DNA from: Candidatus Poribacteria bacterium
Lineage (GTDB): Bacteria > Poribacteria > WGA-4E > WGA-3G
DNA: 64,000 nucleotides
Assembly: GCA_965214095.1 (NCBI GenBank)
Contig: OZ243938.1
Location: 3,904,001 to 3,968,000 of the forward strand
Reading direction: 5' to 3'
Below are positions 9,572 to 19,944 of this stretch, piece by piece. The position numbers and the translations under genes are program-made. Numbering within the stretch: position 1 is the first letter of the stretch; every line of letters begins with the position of its first letter. Under the pieces are notes generated by a model. The model had not been told where the DNA came from, made no database searches, and was given only the letters and a program-made list of their open reading frames with translations.

Positions 9572-10615
9572 TAGACATTATAATGAATTAAATAGTAGGA
9601 GTTTCATAACACCAGGGTCTGAAGTTTAGTCGAAAATTGTGTAAACCACAACAGGTTTCCATAACTAAGTCACAAAACCCTTTCTTCCAATTTCTGAGTT
9701 TGTCTTTGACAATGCGGTATCTTTTGACACCACTAATGGCATGTTCAACACGTATGCGTATAGACGCTATCTTTCTATTGATTTCTTTTTCTTTTTCTGT
9801 CAGTTCTCCACCTTTCGGTTTTTTCTTCGGTTGAACGATGTGAACATCAGGAAGAGTGAACCCCTGAAAACCGGTATCTTGATACAAGGTGCTTCCCGGG
9901 GGCACACAATAGCCCACCTGATCAGCTATGTATTTGTCATGGTGTCTTCCTTCAAAAGAGGGTGTCAATAGGACGACTTTGCAGCTCTCATTGATAATCA
10001 GATTATTTTTTGCTGTATGACATTTCTTTTTACCGCTATAATATGCCTTTTGAGCTTCTGGGTCTCTTGGACGCCGTATTCGCCGTTCTATACCATCATG
10101 AAAAAAAATACGCTTTATCTTGACTTTGACTTGATACCTCACAAGTATCACACATAGATGTGGGAACTGTTTCCCGAGATGGCAGCTCTTCAAGTTCTGC
10201 TAATGCGGTGTTCAATATCGGTAAAAGCAAGTGAATCCATTTATTCGCAAGAGGTTGAGCCATACCAAAGAGCGTGCCGAATAGAACCTGTTTCGGAGCT
10301 TCATGAAGATAAATTAATATAAATAGCAACATATCTTCATGTGAAGCAAAACAACTATTCTTGTAGGGTTTATATCTCCGTTTTATGCGCGGTTTTCCAT
10401 CAAGGGTATGTGTTTCCATATAAGCTAAAAAACATTTAGAAAAATGAGGTAATAGTTTTGTAAACTCTTCTAAAGTATATCCAGTGAGAGATAGAAGCGT
10501 ATCAGCTTTGTCCTTAATATCTTCAAAAACGATAATGAGAAAACCTCCATTTATAAGATTGTAATTAGAATAACAGAGGTTAACTAAACTTGCAACTAAA
10601 TCATTATAATGTCTA
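9572..10615 (-). mobile_element. IS5-family-like insertion sequence (HTH plus DDE_Tnp_4-type transposase)
   Basis: Perfect 15-bp inverted repeats TAGACATTATAATGA (9572-9586) and TCATTATAATGTCTA (10601-10615), including a probable TA/TTA target duplication. Confidence 0.9.
9588..10536 (-). CDS. Transposase, split across two frames at a T8 run (10101-10108)
   Basis: orfA (LLSLTGYTLEEF...LLFILIYL...LFGMAQPLANKWI) and orfB (FFHDGIERRIRRP..YSGKKKCH...QDTGFQG...RIRVEHAISGVKR). Probable ATT start at 10536 after GGAGGT. Confidence 0.85.
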
Positions 10616-11301
10616 ATGGAAAAAAACTCCTTGTTTCTATTGGCAGAGATCGGATTCGTTTATTACCACCAATCGGGTATTTAAATTGCGTGTTGACCAA
10701 TGTGAAAGATTTTATGATAAGTGAAAATTGTTGCACATGCCAATCTCTTTGACAGATCCAGAGTTTTATGATTGTATTGTCTTCCTCTGCTGATTTGCAC
10801 TCCAAAACATAACAGTTCTTTCCATTCATACTTTCTCTACTTTTCAGTTGTAATTCTGTGTCATTTAACTTTTGAAGGGCACTTAGCAACTCAACCCGGA
10901 AAATACCGTGTCGAGATTTACGAACCTGTTTTACTACGTGTTCGTTAGGTTTTCTAAAAAATAGGTTGAAGGATATTATCGGTTCTTGCGAATCAAAGAT
11001 ACTGCCGGATACATCCATTGATGGTGCTACATACGTTTGGACATCTGCCTTGTAATTATCAATTTTGTCATAGACATCTAAGGCATTTTTCATGACTTCG
11101 TACGGCGTGATAGCAGAAACATTTGTTGGAAGAACCGCAACATATAGTAAGGAAGCGAGTATGACAACGATATTTTTGATGCATACTGTTGCGACACGTG
11201 ACATTTCAAAGTTGAGTCTCATAAATTTACTCCATATAAAAACCATTTTGAGTAGTAACATCCCATGAAAAACTACATTCATATAAGTAATTTTGAATCA
11301 T

Positions 11302-11404
11302 TATGGTGAAGTATAAAATTATATTTACACTTTCATCCCACGGTAGGCGAGGTTTCCTAACCTCGCCGATATAGAGTGTTCAAGTAATTTCAAAATCTAC
11401 TATA
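11302..11404. mobile_element. MITE-like element with TATRGTGAA...TCTACTATA ends carrying a GTAG REP
   Basis: Near-identical to 39363-39465. Central hairpin GTAGGCGAGGTTTCCTAACCTCGCC. Confidence 0.7.
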
Positions 11405-11489
11405 TATACATATATATATTATGAACTTATATGACTTATAAAAATATGTTAAATCAATTTATTTTGCATTTATGGTTAAATAAATAATT

Positions 11490-11702
11490 ACTCTTACCAA
11501 TTCTGAATGTTTCTAAGTTCGTTAGTTTTGCAAGGGCACTTATATCACTAATTTCAGTACCTCTGAACCATAACCAGCGTAGTTTGTAAGTTTTTCGAAT
11601 ACACTTTCGAGCGCATTTAAATCGCTAAATTCATAGTCGATTTCCAGCCGTTGTAGGTCCGTTAGTTTTTCAAGTGGACTTATATCAATAAGCGATGACT
11701 TA
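11490..11702 (-). pseudogene. Frameshifted LRR gene remnant
   Basis: Manual translation: IDISPLEKLTDLQRLEIDYEFSDLNALESVFEKLT, then a frameshift, then LRWLWFRGTEISDISALAKLTNLETFRIG. Confidence 0.7.
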
Positions 11703-12002
11703 TTTCATTCACCCGATCCTTATTTCAAACTGCCTCAAAAACAAGAAACTAAAATATTATATATCATTAATCATATTAACTCAACTATACTAATTATGTA
11801 TTATAAAAAATAAGTTGATTTAATATGACTTATATCTGCAATTCATAGAACTATCATAAAGCACAAAGTTACTTGAATGCTTGTATAGTGCAACCTTTTT
11901 GTTTGTGTCTATTGGTGCACAAACTACATGAATATAAAAATAAATTCGGTGATGTTTGGTGAGAAGTTCTACGCGCTTACAAAGCACGTCTACGAGTGGG
12001 AA

Positions 12003-12160
12003 AATCGGGGTTGGAAACCCCTCCAACAATGGAAGTGGCGCGTGAATTGCGCGACTACGAACGGGATTTTGTCTGGTTCAGACATTGGCGGGGTTGGAGA
12101 GCAATCGGGGTTGGAAACCCTCCAACAATTGAAAAGGCGCGTGAATTGCGCGACGACAAA
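12003..12160. repeat. BIME-like doublet: two direct copies of a GTTG-REP plus family A REP unit
   Basis: aatcggggttggaaaccc(c)tccaacaat...ggcgcgtgaattgcgcgac occurs at 12003-12058 and 12103-12157. Confidence 0.8.
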
Positions 12161-12751
12161 TTACTGCATAATGCACTGCTGTGTGTGGCATATATTATTT
12201 GATTGCTTTTTGATATTCATAAGTCCAGTCAACAACCTTATATCCGAGATTACTATAAAAGAGAATAGCTCGATAATTCTCCAAATTTGTGCTTATGGAT
12301 GCATGACGGTAACCTGCCTTTTGCATCTCTTGAAGCGAATACTGAAGTAAGAATTTCCCAAATCCTTTTCCTTGAAAGTCATCTTCAATTCCAAGCCATT
12401 CTGTATATGTCCAGTCTTGTGCGTCTGGATGTCGTGAAAAAACACCTGCTGAGATACTATGACATTCACCAACTTTTTCCTCTGCTTTGTGAGCTTTTAC
12501 GGTACAGTTTGCCCGTTCTCCACGACCCTCTGTCCATTCTATAGAGAAGGTAATAGGTATCTTTGGCGGAGTTGGTGTTACATTGAAGTTCTCCCAATCA
12601 AAGATTGCTTGTCCATGAATACGTCTGTACCCGTTATATCCAAGCAGTGCTTTAACGTGACCAAGTCTGTCGGAAAGCTGCGCATAAGCGAAGTAATAGC
12701 AAGGATACCTATAATGTCTTGAATAGGCATAGACCTGTGTTATATTCTTAC

Positions 12752-13274
12752 CAAACGTTGCGGTGTGAAAGCCCAAGTCTTTAGATTTGGGATGAAACAC
12801 CGCCAAAAACCTTGATTTTGTTCAAGAAATGTGGTATATTCTATATGTCAACTGGATAGGAAAGCAATCATTGGCAACCTTGCCAATGTCTTATCCAATC
12901 CACTTGCTTGGACAGAGTTGATGTTGATACTCTCAACGATACCACATTCGGTTGTATACGCTGCAAGTTGTGATCCTTGCCAGTCGTTTGTGATGAGTTC
13001 TGGAATCGCTTTATGAGATTGTGGCGGTGTTCCCTCCACAACCGCGAAATAACAGAACAATAGACAAAGTATCTGGGACGATTTTGGGGTAATAAAGTAG
13101 TCCCTGTTAGTCGTGTCTTGGCGGGCACCCCCACAATTGCTGTGCTGGTAAACTTGGCTTGAACCCAAGTGAGTAGTCTATAAGCCTATAAAAGATGCCC
13201 ACATTTTCAAAAAACTCTCGGAGTGAGAAGATGACCTAAAAGAACCCCAATCCTTTAGGTTTAGGAGCCGTCAG
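12752..13274 (+). mobile_element. Non-autonomous IS200/IS605-family element (PATE-like), 523 bp
   Basis: Inserted directly 3' of TTAC with no target duplication. Left end: AAAG then hairpin CCCAAGTCT-TT-AGATTTGGG. Right end: GAAC, hairpin, terminal TCAG. No tnpA or tnpB ORF. Confidence 0.85.
12812..12840 (+). promoter_or_regulatory. Sigma70 promoter inside the left end of the IS605-like element
   Basis: TTGATT-N17-TATATT with extended -10 TG. Confidence 0.6.
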
Positions 13275-13875
13275 TACGCAAGTAATCTTCAGTCTTTTCA
13301 AGAATTGCTTGTCCAACCTGTCGGGCATTAACTTCGTATCCAAAAAACAGGATATGTGCAGTTTTGTCAATATTATGCTCTCTATCTTGTGACAAGCCTA
13401 AATGTATAAAAGATTTCACTTTACCATTTTGCACCGCGACAAAAGCAGTTTCTGACTTAAAATCGTCCTTATAGTAATATTTGGATTTACCTATAACGCC
13501 ACTCGTAGCAAACTCTAAATCATCTTCTTTGACAGGATAGCAATGAGGAACATCAACTGTAAAATCATTGTAAAACTTTGTCAAAGGTGTCAGTAGGTCA
13601 GAGGTATATTGGATTATTTCCATAAGTAAATTCAATCCTCAATTATGGAATATTCTATAGTGGTATCGATCCATCTATACTTCCACTTCCGAGTGTCTTC
13701 CATCAGAAGCAAAAGCAATTGACTCAATCAACCACTTTATAACTAAACCTAAAAACATTAGGATACTTAACCATGGTAGGATGGGTTTCTGTTTCTCCCG
13801 TTGTCATCCAACGTGAAGACAGAAAATCCTGGTCATTTATTCATCTTGAAAAACTTGTTCAGACAAATGTAATGA

Positions 13876-14616
13876 TTAATCCGGTGGTCTGGGTTGTGAG
13901 TCAAACCCATAAAGCCTACGCATAATAGGTGTAGCCCGTTCTAATGCTTCTGGTTTGAGGAAATGCACAAAATCAAACATCGGTTTAATATATGACCTGC
14001 AGCAAAAACAGATAAGGGCAACGCGCTGACGATCCGTCTTGTTTGCACCTGCTGAATGCCAGATTGCACCGTTGAATAAGAATACTGAACCTTTTGGAGC
14101 AGTAAGTCGTACTTCGTCGGGATGGTGTGTTGTTCCCGCAGGCGGTTTTATCTGTTGAAGATGAATTCCAGGAACATGACGTGTGCCACCATTTTCTGGA
14201 GTAAAATCATCAAGTAACCATAGACTGTTAGCCACCAATGGAAAACTCGGGAGTGGTTCTGGCATGCCACCCAAAACGTTATCAACGTGATACCCACCGT
14301 CAGGTGCACCCGGATCGAGAATGTTTGAGGTAAGTGTGCTTAATGTATAATCTGGACCAAGCAGATGTTCAAAGAACGGCATCACTTTAGGATGTGCAAC
14401 GAGTTTGTCGTAAATCTCACCTTTGTTAGGCAACCATCTCACGTGCTGACCATGATCATTAGAATGACGAAGGGCTGAACCATTCTGTTTTTCTTCATCT
14501 GCTATACGAAGTATATCCTCACGATACATCTCAATTTCTTCGTTAGAAAGCACATCAGGAATGACAATACATCCCTGCTCATCCAACTGCTTCTTTTGCG
14601 CTTCGGTGATACTCAT
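13876..14616 (-). CDS. Phytanoyl-CoA dioxygenase (PhyH) family Fe/2OG oxygenase
   Basis: YHVD, LDDFTPENGGT..VPG.H and WHSAGAN motifs. Confidence 0.9.
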   Translation of the reverse strand: MSITEAQKKQLDEQGCIVIPDVLSNEEIEMYREDILRIADEEKQNGSALRHSNDHGQHVRWLPNKGEIYDKLVAHPKVMPFFEHLLGPDYTLSTLTSNILDPGAPDGGYHVDNVLGGMPEPLPSFPLVANSLWLLDDFTPENGGTRHVPGIHLQQIKPPAGTTHHPDEVRLTAPKGSVFLFNGAIWHSAGANKTDRQRVALICFCCRSYIKPMFDFVHFLKPEALERATPIMRRLYGFDSQPRPPD

Positions 14617-14663
14617 CTGTCAATACCTTATCATTTTTTCCCTAATTCATTCCAACCTTCAAT

Positions 14664-15878
14664 CTACGCTGCGAAGTCTTTCATACATTCATCATAGACG
14701 TTAAACTGCTCACCTTCGTGTTCCTCAGCATCAACGAGTTTGAGCCATAACGCGCTGTCTTTCTTTTCACCGCTAAGTTGACGACGACTCCCAAGATTAG
14801 ATGGATCGGGACCACTCCATACAACTTCTCCACCTTGCAGATAGATAAAATTCCCTTGATACTTATCAATCATTTTTTTCTGGTTGTCAAGATAGACTAA
14901 ACCTTGTTCACAGGTTGTGCGTCGCCAATTTGCAACCATTTCTGGTGTATCCGTTTCCACAGAATCAAACTCAGCAAGTGGAGCTTTAACTTCACTCTCC
15001 CAATCAATCTCATTCAGGTCAACCGTTCCGTATCCCCGTTGTGCTGCAATGAGTATATGATTGCGATCGCGCTTAAATGGAGGTGTAGGCCAATCGGATG
15101 CCGGATCATGACCCATCAGGTGCATGCCGACTGTATCAGTTGAAATCGGATGATCACCTGCTATAAGTGCGTTGCATATCCTGCCTTCACCTCCCCATTC
15201 GCGTCCCCACTGTCCTGTGAGTGCATCAATGATGTTGAGACACGGCTTTGTGATCAACGCAAGATCTGGCAAAACATAAGATAAACGTATAAGGTGGTGA
15301 TAATAGCTTCGTGTCCTACCTTCAGGAAGCAACATCGGGGGCAACCCAAACAGATTCTTTGTGCATAAAGTAATCCCCATAAATGCATGGTTCTTCATCT
15401 TCGCCACTGAAACAACAGCATCCGCATCGTCAAAACAGGCACTCAATGTATAACGATCAAACATTGAACCGCCATCCGGCACATCGTAGTCCTTGAAGGG
15501 TGGCAAGTTTGAATCAACAAACTGCACGTCAAATTCTTTGAGGTGATGTTCGTAATTAAATCCTGGTGGCATTCTATTTCCGTGTGTATACGGGTTGGTA
15601 TCTGTAGCGATGAGTTGTGCGGTAGTTCGTTCCTTTAGCAATCGTAATACAGCGCGGCATACCGCATCATCCACCAGTTCACGTCTACGTCCTTCAAAAT
15701 AGATGATACGTTCATGCGGTTTCATCATGTTGAATTTGATAACAACCTTTTTTGCAGACTCAATTGGTTTCCAAGAATGGGTGAGTGGATCGGTTATTTT
15801 ACGTAGTATCTTGTAGATTTCCTCTTCAGTTGCCCGGTAATCACAATGTGCTGCTCTAACTTTGAACTGTTTGTCCAT
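14664..15878 (-). CDS. DUF362 domain protein with a C-terminal extension
   Basis: VVIKFN, VSVAKMKNHAFMGITLCTKNLFG and IIDALTG motifs. RBS AAGGAG precedes ATG 15878. Confidence 0.8.
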   Translation of the reverse strand: MDKQFKVRAAHCDYRATEEEIYKILRKITDPLTHSWKPIESAKKVVIKFNMMKPHERIIYFEGRRRELVDDAVCRAVLRLLKERTTAQLIATDTNPYTHGNRMPPGFNYEHHLKEFDVQFVDSNLPPFKDYDVPDGGSMFDRYTLSACFDDADAVVSVAKMKNHAFMGITLCTKNLFGLPPMLLPEGRTRSYYHHLIRLSYVLPDLALITKPCLNIIDALTGQWGREWGGEGRICNALIAGDHPISTDTVGMHLMGHDPASDWPTPPFKRDRNHILIAAQRGYGTVDLNEIDWESEVKAPLAEFDSVETDTPEMVANWRRTTCEQGLVYLDNQKKMIDKYQGNFIYLQGGEVVWSGPDPSNLGSRRQLSGEKKDSALWLKLVDAEEHEGEQFNVYDECMKDFAA

Positions 15879-15997
15879 AATATCCTGCTCCTTATGAAGT
15901 TTGACAGGTAGTTCCATGAAATATAGTAGATATTGTTTTTGACCTATGAAAATTATATCAGTATTTTTGATTATATGCAATGGAGTTAATCTCATAC

Positions 15998-16735
15998 TTA
16001 TGATACGAGCACACAAACCGTATCCATTGTCATAGCGACAAGCCAATGGATCGCTGCACCATAGATAAATGAACGTGTCTCCAAAGCGAGCACACCCAAT
16101 AAAATACCCGCAACGATTGATCCAAGTGCCTCCGGCAACGGTTTAGAAAAGTGCATAACTGCGAACGGAATCGTCTGAATTAAGATACTATAGTTACCGA
16201 ATCTCTTCTCCAATCCAAAGAGCATAAATCCACGGAAGAAGAACTCCCAAGAAAACATGTAGATGCCATAAGCCAACTGATATGGTAAAAATGCCTGCCA
16301 ACTACTCGCCACTTCCTTGCAAAATGGATACTTCTGTGCAAATGGAGGGTACACCTTGACCGCTACAATAACAACGGGTATCATCAACAACCATGATGCC
16401 AACGTCACACTCCATCCAAGTCTCTGCTTCCCCAAACGAATTCCGTAATCTCGCAGTCGTTGATTCGTACCAATTGCTGCAACAATGACAGGAATAAGAA
16501 ACAGTGAAATAGCAGTTGTCAAAAACCAGTAATAATATGGGTGGCTTGCTTCCAAAGGCAGAAAATCAAAATACTCTGTTAAATTCTCACGATAATAACG
16601 GGTACGACTGTAATTCCTATGCAACGTTAGTATCACCGCAGCAGCAATCAAAACTACAGTTGACTGTCGTTCCCACCCAAGTAGATACTTTTGTTTCAAA
16701 GTTTTAAGATACGGTTTCACCTTGACACTCCACAT
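15998..16735 (-). CDS. CPBP (CAAX/Abi) intramembrane metalloprotease
   Basis: WEFFFRG, FAVMH and AIHW motifs in a multi-TM protein. Confidence 0.9.
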   Translation of the reverse strand: MWSVKVKPYLKTLKQKYLLGWERQSTVVLIAAAVILTLHRNYSRTRYYRENLTEYFDFLPLEASHPYYYWFLTTAISLFLIPVIVAAIGTNQRLRDYGIRLGKQRLGWSVTLASWLLMIPVVIVAVKVYPPFAQKYPFCKEVASSWQAFLPYQLAYGIYMFSWEFFFRGFMLFGLEKRFGNYSILIQTIPFAVMHFSKPLPEALGSIVAGILLGVLALETRSFIYGAAIHWLVAMTMDTVCVLVS

Positions 16736-16750
16736 ATTTTGATGTATTAT
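16722..16750 (+). promoter_or_regulatory. Sigma70 promoter for the GT9 operon
   Basis: TTGACA-N17-TATTAT. Confidence 0.55.
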
Positions 16751-16800
16751 ACCGTGACAATAAGAAATAAGCAATTCATAGCAACAGACGAAATATTACG

Positions 16801-17838
16801 ATGTTTGCATCCGATAAGATAAAACGTATCCTAATCATCAGACTCGCACCATTGGGAGAAACTGTTTTAACAACACCTGTTATTCGTGCTTTACGACAAC
16901 ACTTCACCGATGCATACATTACCTATATGGTAGCACCGACACGGGAGGATTTAGTCTCAGCAAACCCACACTTGAATGAAGTTATTACCTATCAGTCGTC
17001 AGTTCCTAAATTAATCCATCAACTTCATCAGAGAAAGTTTGATATGGCGGTAGTCCTACAACCCACTTTCCGTTTAGTGTTACTCACATTTCTTGCCAGA
17101 ATTCCGTTTCGTATAGGACTCGAAACCAATTCAGGTGGGAAAAGGTTGCTACACGTTTCAGTTCCTAACAACACATCGCAGCACGAAACACAACGATACC
17201 TTGATGTTGTTCGTGCAATTGAGATAGAAGTTGAAGATGACGAACCAGATGTGTTTGTAGATGATGCGGGGAAAGTATGGGGAGACGATTTCCTTGAAAG
17301 TAAGAATCTAAATGATGGCAGACCAATTATCGGACTAAATCCAGGTGCAGCAACATCTTATCGTAGATGGTCTGTTGGCAACTTTGCAACTATCGGTGAC
17401 ATGCTCCACGATACTTATGATGCACATATCATCATAACAACAGGACCGAATGAAGGAGAACTTGCACATCAGGTGCAGAAACAGATGGTATTTTCATCCA
17501 CTATTGTTGACGATGTAACACTGATGCAACTCGCCGGACTCTTACAACGTTGCCATCTTTACATCAGCAATGATACGGGACCGATGCACCTAAGCACAGC
17601 AGTGAAAACGCCTACAATTGCACTTTTCGGAGGATCAAACCCAACTCAATGGGGTCCAAAATGGGACAAACATACAGTAATTGCACGACAAGGATGTGAG
17701 TTGATGCAAACACTATCACCGAAAGAATGGGACGACTATGCAGATGTAGCACGCAAAAACTTGAAATCTATCACACCAGAAATGGTGTTTGCTGCTTCGG
17801 AGAAAATGGAATGGAAAATCAAAGACAAATCATCATAG
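16801..17838 (+). CDS. Glycosyltransferase family 9 (LPS heptosyltransferase-like)
   Basis: ILIIRLAPLGE, NPGA..RRW and SNDTGPMHL...PTIALFG motifs. Confidence 0.9.
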   Translation: MFASDKIKRILIIRLAPLGETVLTTPVIRALRQHFTDAYITYMVAPTREDLVSANPHLNEVITYQSSVPKLIHQLHQRKFDMAVVLQPTFRLVLLTFLARIPFRIGLETNSGGKRLLHVSVPNNTSQHETQRYLDVVRAIEIEVEDDEPDVFVDDAGKVWGDDFLESKNLNDGRPIIGLNPGAATSYRRWSVGNFATIGDMLHDTYDAHIIITTGPNEGELAHQVQKQMVFSSTIVDDVTLMQLAGLLQRCHLYISNDTGPMHLSTAVKTPTIALFGGSNPTQWGPKWDKHTVIARQGCELMQTLSPKEWDDYADVARKNLKSITPEMVFAASEKMEWKIKDKSS

Positions 17839-19280
17839 ACCAACTAAAAACACTTCAAAACAGAGCACGCAATCAGGTAATGATAAAGTATGTAACAATC
17901 TGTCTTTTCATTGAAGTTTGTATTATGGCAGTTCTATACATCGCTGTTCGTCTGATCCCATTTCCATTCACTATATTAAACATAACTATAAGTACAGTTG
18001 GATTTGCAGTTGTAATAGGTATTTTTCTCGGACTTAGGCATCGTGAAAAGTTGACAAAAATTGCCACCTTTGTTGATGACACAATGCAACTGAAAGAACG
18101 TGTCAATACATCATTAGAAGTAATTCAGAAAAACCAAGAAGGTGAAATTGTTGATCTACAAATTGGTGATTCAGCAGAAGCAATCGCAAACTGTGATCCA
18201 AAAAAGATAATTCCTTATGTTATGCCACCAATATTAAAATGGTTATCTATTCCTATTGTCGTCATTGCACTATCTTTTGCGATACCTCGTCAATATGATT
18301 TGCCAACACCGTTAACTGCTGCAGAACAAAATGCCATTGCCATGACAATTGCTAATCTTACTGAACAATCTGTTGATGTAAGTGATTCTAAGATCAAAGA
18401 AGAAATCAGTAATACTATAGAAAAGTTGAAAAAGGTAACAGATGCTAATGCTGCACATCAACATCTACACACATTGAATAGTGAAGTGCGTAAACACAAA
18501 TCAGAACATCCAGATGAAACGGCTATAGCAGAAGCAACCCAAACCACACAGCACTTCAAAGATATGGATACCACTGCACTTGCTGATGAACTTAATAGTC
18601 TATCGGAAGAACCGGGACTAACACCTGAACTTCAGGAGCAACTTACAAAACTTTTTGCCAAATTGGCTGAGAATATACCACAAGGGAAAGTTCGTCAAAC
18701 GTTAGAGCAAATTCAAGGACAAACAGTTTCACCCGATACACTACAAGAAATTGCAGATGTACTGCATCAAGCCAATCAACTCAAACTTCTTGAAGAACAG
18801 TTGATAGATAGTCGTAAAGATATTGCATTAGCAGGCATTGACACAGACCAGTCTTCAAGGGAAATTGCCAGTAGTAGTAGTGCACCGGGTCAAGAATCTG
18901 GTAACATAGAAACACAAGGTACTCAGGTTGAAAACAGCACATCCGATTTCACATCTACGACAAATGATGTTGTTTCTCGCACTACTGATGAAACCACGTC
19001 AACTCCTCTCACGGGCAATGAAACCCCCTCAATACAAATCTCACGTAATAAATTAACATTAAAACCGGAGGCATCAACGGAAACCCAAAGCATCACCAGA
19101 GTTTTTAGTGGAAATACTGCCAATCAAGAAACAGAACCTGACTATATACCGTTCAGCGATGTTTTACTAGCCGCACAACGAGAGTACGCGCTGGCAATTG
19201 AGAACAATCGCATACCTGTCCGATACCGATCACAGATAAAAGCATACTTGGAAGCAATTGCTAAAGCAAATGAAAAGTAA
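17811..19280 (+). CDS. Membrane-anchored coiled-coil protein of unknown function
   Basis: Three N-terminal TM helices, LKERVNTSLE, a helical middle and C-terminal IPVRYRSQIKAY. Confidence 0.65.
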   Translation: MENQRQIIIDQLKTLQNRARNQVMIKYVTICLFIEVCIMAVLYIAVRLIPFPFTILNITISTVGFAVVIGIFLGLRHREKLTKIATFVDDTMQLKERVNTSLEVIQKNQEGEIVDLQIGDSAEAIANCDPKKIIPYVMPPILKWLSIPIVVIALSFAIPRQYDLPTPLTAAEQNAIAMTIANLTEQSVDVSDSKIKEEISNTIEKLKKVTDANAAHQHLHTLNSEVRKHKSEHPDETAIAEATQTTQHFKDMDTTALADELNSLSEEPGLTPELQEQLTKLFAKLAENIPQGKVRQTLEQIQGQTVSPDTLQEIADVLHQANQLKLLEEQLIDSRKDIALAGIDTDQSSREIASSSSAPGQESGNIETQGTQVENSTSDFTSTTNDVVSRTTDETTSTPLTGNETPSIQISRNKLTLKPEASTETQSITRVFSGNTANQETEPDYIPFSDVLLAAQREYALAIENNRIPVRYRSQIKAYLEAIAKANEK

Positions 19281-19944
19281 ACTGATTAAATTAATTATTG
19301 TAATCGGACTCGGAGTATTTGCCTATCTACTGTTGAGAAATTACGGTGTAACAGAATATATTCATCTGAAAAACACACCCAAACTCAAAGAATGGGTTTC
19401 AAGTTTTGGAATAATCGCGCCCATAGTCTATATCTGTCTTTATATTGTTGCGACACTTTTCTTTTTGCCGGGGTCACCCATAACGGTGCTTTCAGGAATT
19501 GCATTCGGTCCGGTGTGGGGTGTTGTCTATGTGTGGATTGGCGCAACAATCGGTGTTGCTCTTGCCTTTCTCGTCGCGCGTTATGCTGCGCGCGAACTTG
19601 TTGCGGGTTGGATTTCAGGAAACGCACAATTTGCAAGAATAGATGCAAAGGTGGAACAGGAAGGATGGCGTATTGTCATGTTCACGCGATTAATGCCGTA
19701 TATACCCTTCAATTTACAGAATTACGCTTATGGATTAACAAAAATAAGATTTTCAACTTACGTCCTTGTTTCGGCGATATTTATTTTGCCAGGAACTATC
19801 GCGTATGTGCAAATCGGTGGTGCGTTAGTCAGTGGTGAGGGTAATCTTTTCAAAACGCTACTTTATCTGTCTTTAGCCGCTGTCCTTGTCCTCTTGGTTT
19901 CTCTCATTCCGAAATTTCTACGTGGTAGACAAACAGATTTATAA
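19270..19944 (+). CDS. TVP38/TMEM64 (VTT/DedA superfamily) membrane protein
   Basis: FLPGSPIT..GIAFG and RLMPYIPFNLQNYAYG motifs. Confidence 0.9.
   Translation: MKSKLIKLIIVIGLGVFAYLLLRNYGVTEYIHLKNTPKLKEWVSSFGIIAPIVYICLYIVATLFFLPGSPITVLSGIAFGPVWGVVYVWIGATIGVALAFLVARYAARELVAGWISGNAQFARIDAKVEQEGWRIVMFTRLMPYIPFNLQNYAYGLTKIRFSTYVLVSAIFILPGTIAYVQIGGALVSGEGNLFKTLLYLSLAAVLVLLVSLIPKFLRGRQTDL

Larger units (their letters stand above)
9470..11282 (-). pseudogene. LolA-like outer-membrane lipoprotein carrier/sorting protein interrupted by an IS
   Basis: ORF 10596-11282 runs into the IS terminal repeat. Removing the IS restores the frame ...RSFFPL(L)FNKYLFNRITNYEVNINLSSHIFQDERTTGNK*, with the stop ending at 9470, a LolA-like C-terminus. 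Confidence 0.7.
12195..13635 (-). pseudogene. GNAT-family acetyltransferase interrupted by a non-autonomous IS200/IS605 element
   Basis: The N-terminal part ends ...EKTEDYLR and the C-terminal part has FQGKGFGKFLL...NYRAILFYSNLGY. Excising 12752-13274 gives the in-frame join YLRSKNITQVY. Confidence 0.85.

Noticed and set aside
11985-12165. CRISPR array
   Set aside because: Only two repeat units, built from REP palindromes found elsewhere in the window, and no cas genes.
12848-13168. ORFs inside the IS605-like element (12848-13168, 12868-13134, 12831-13016) as tnpA/tnpB
   Set aside because: No HUH/Tyr, RuvC or zinc-finger motifs. They look like chance ORFs.
12752-13274. IStron (group I intron-IS hybrid)
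   Set aside because: The element is antisense to the host gene and I could not find a convincing P7 pairing. It is left as a testable alternative.
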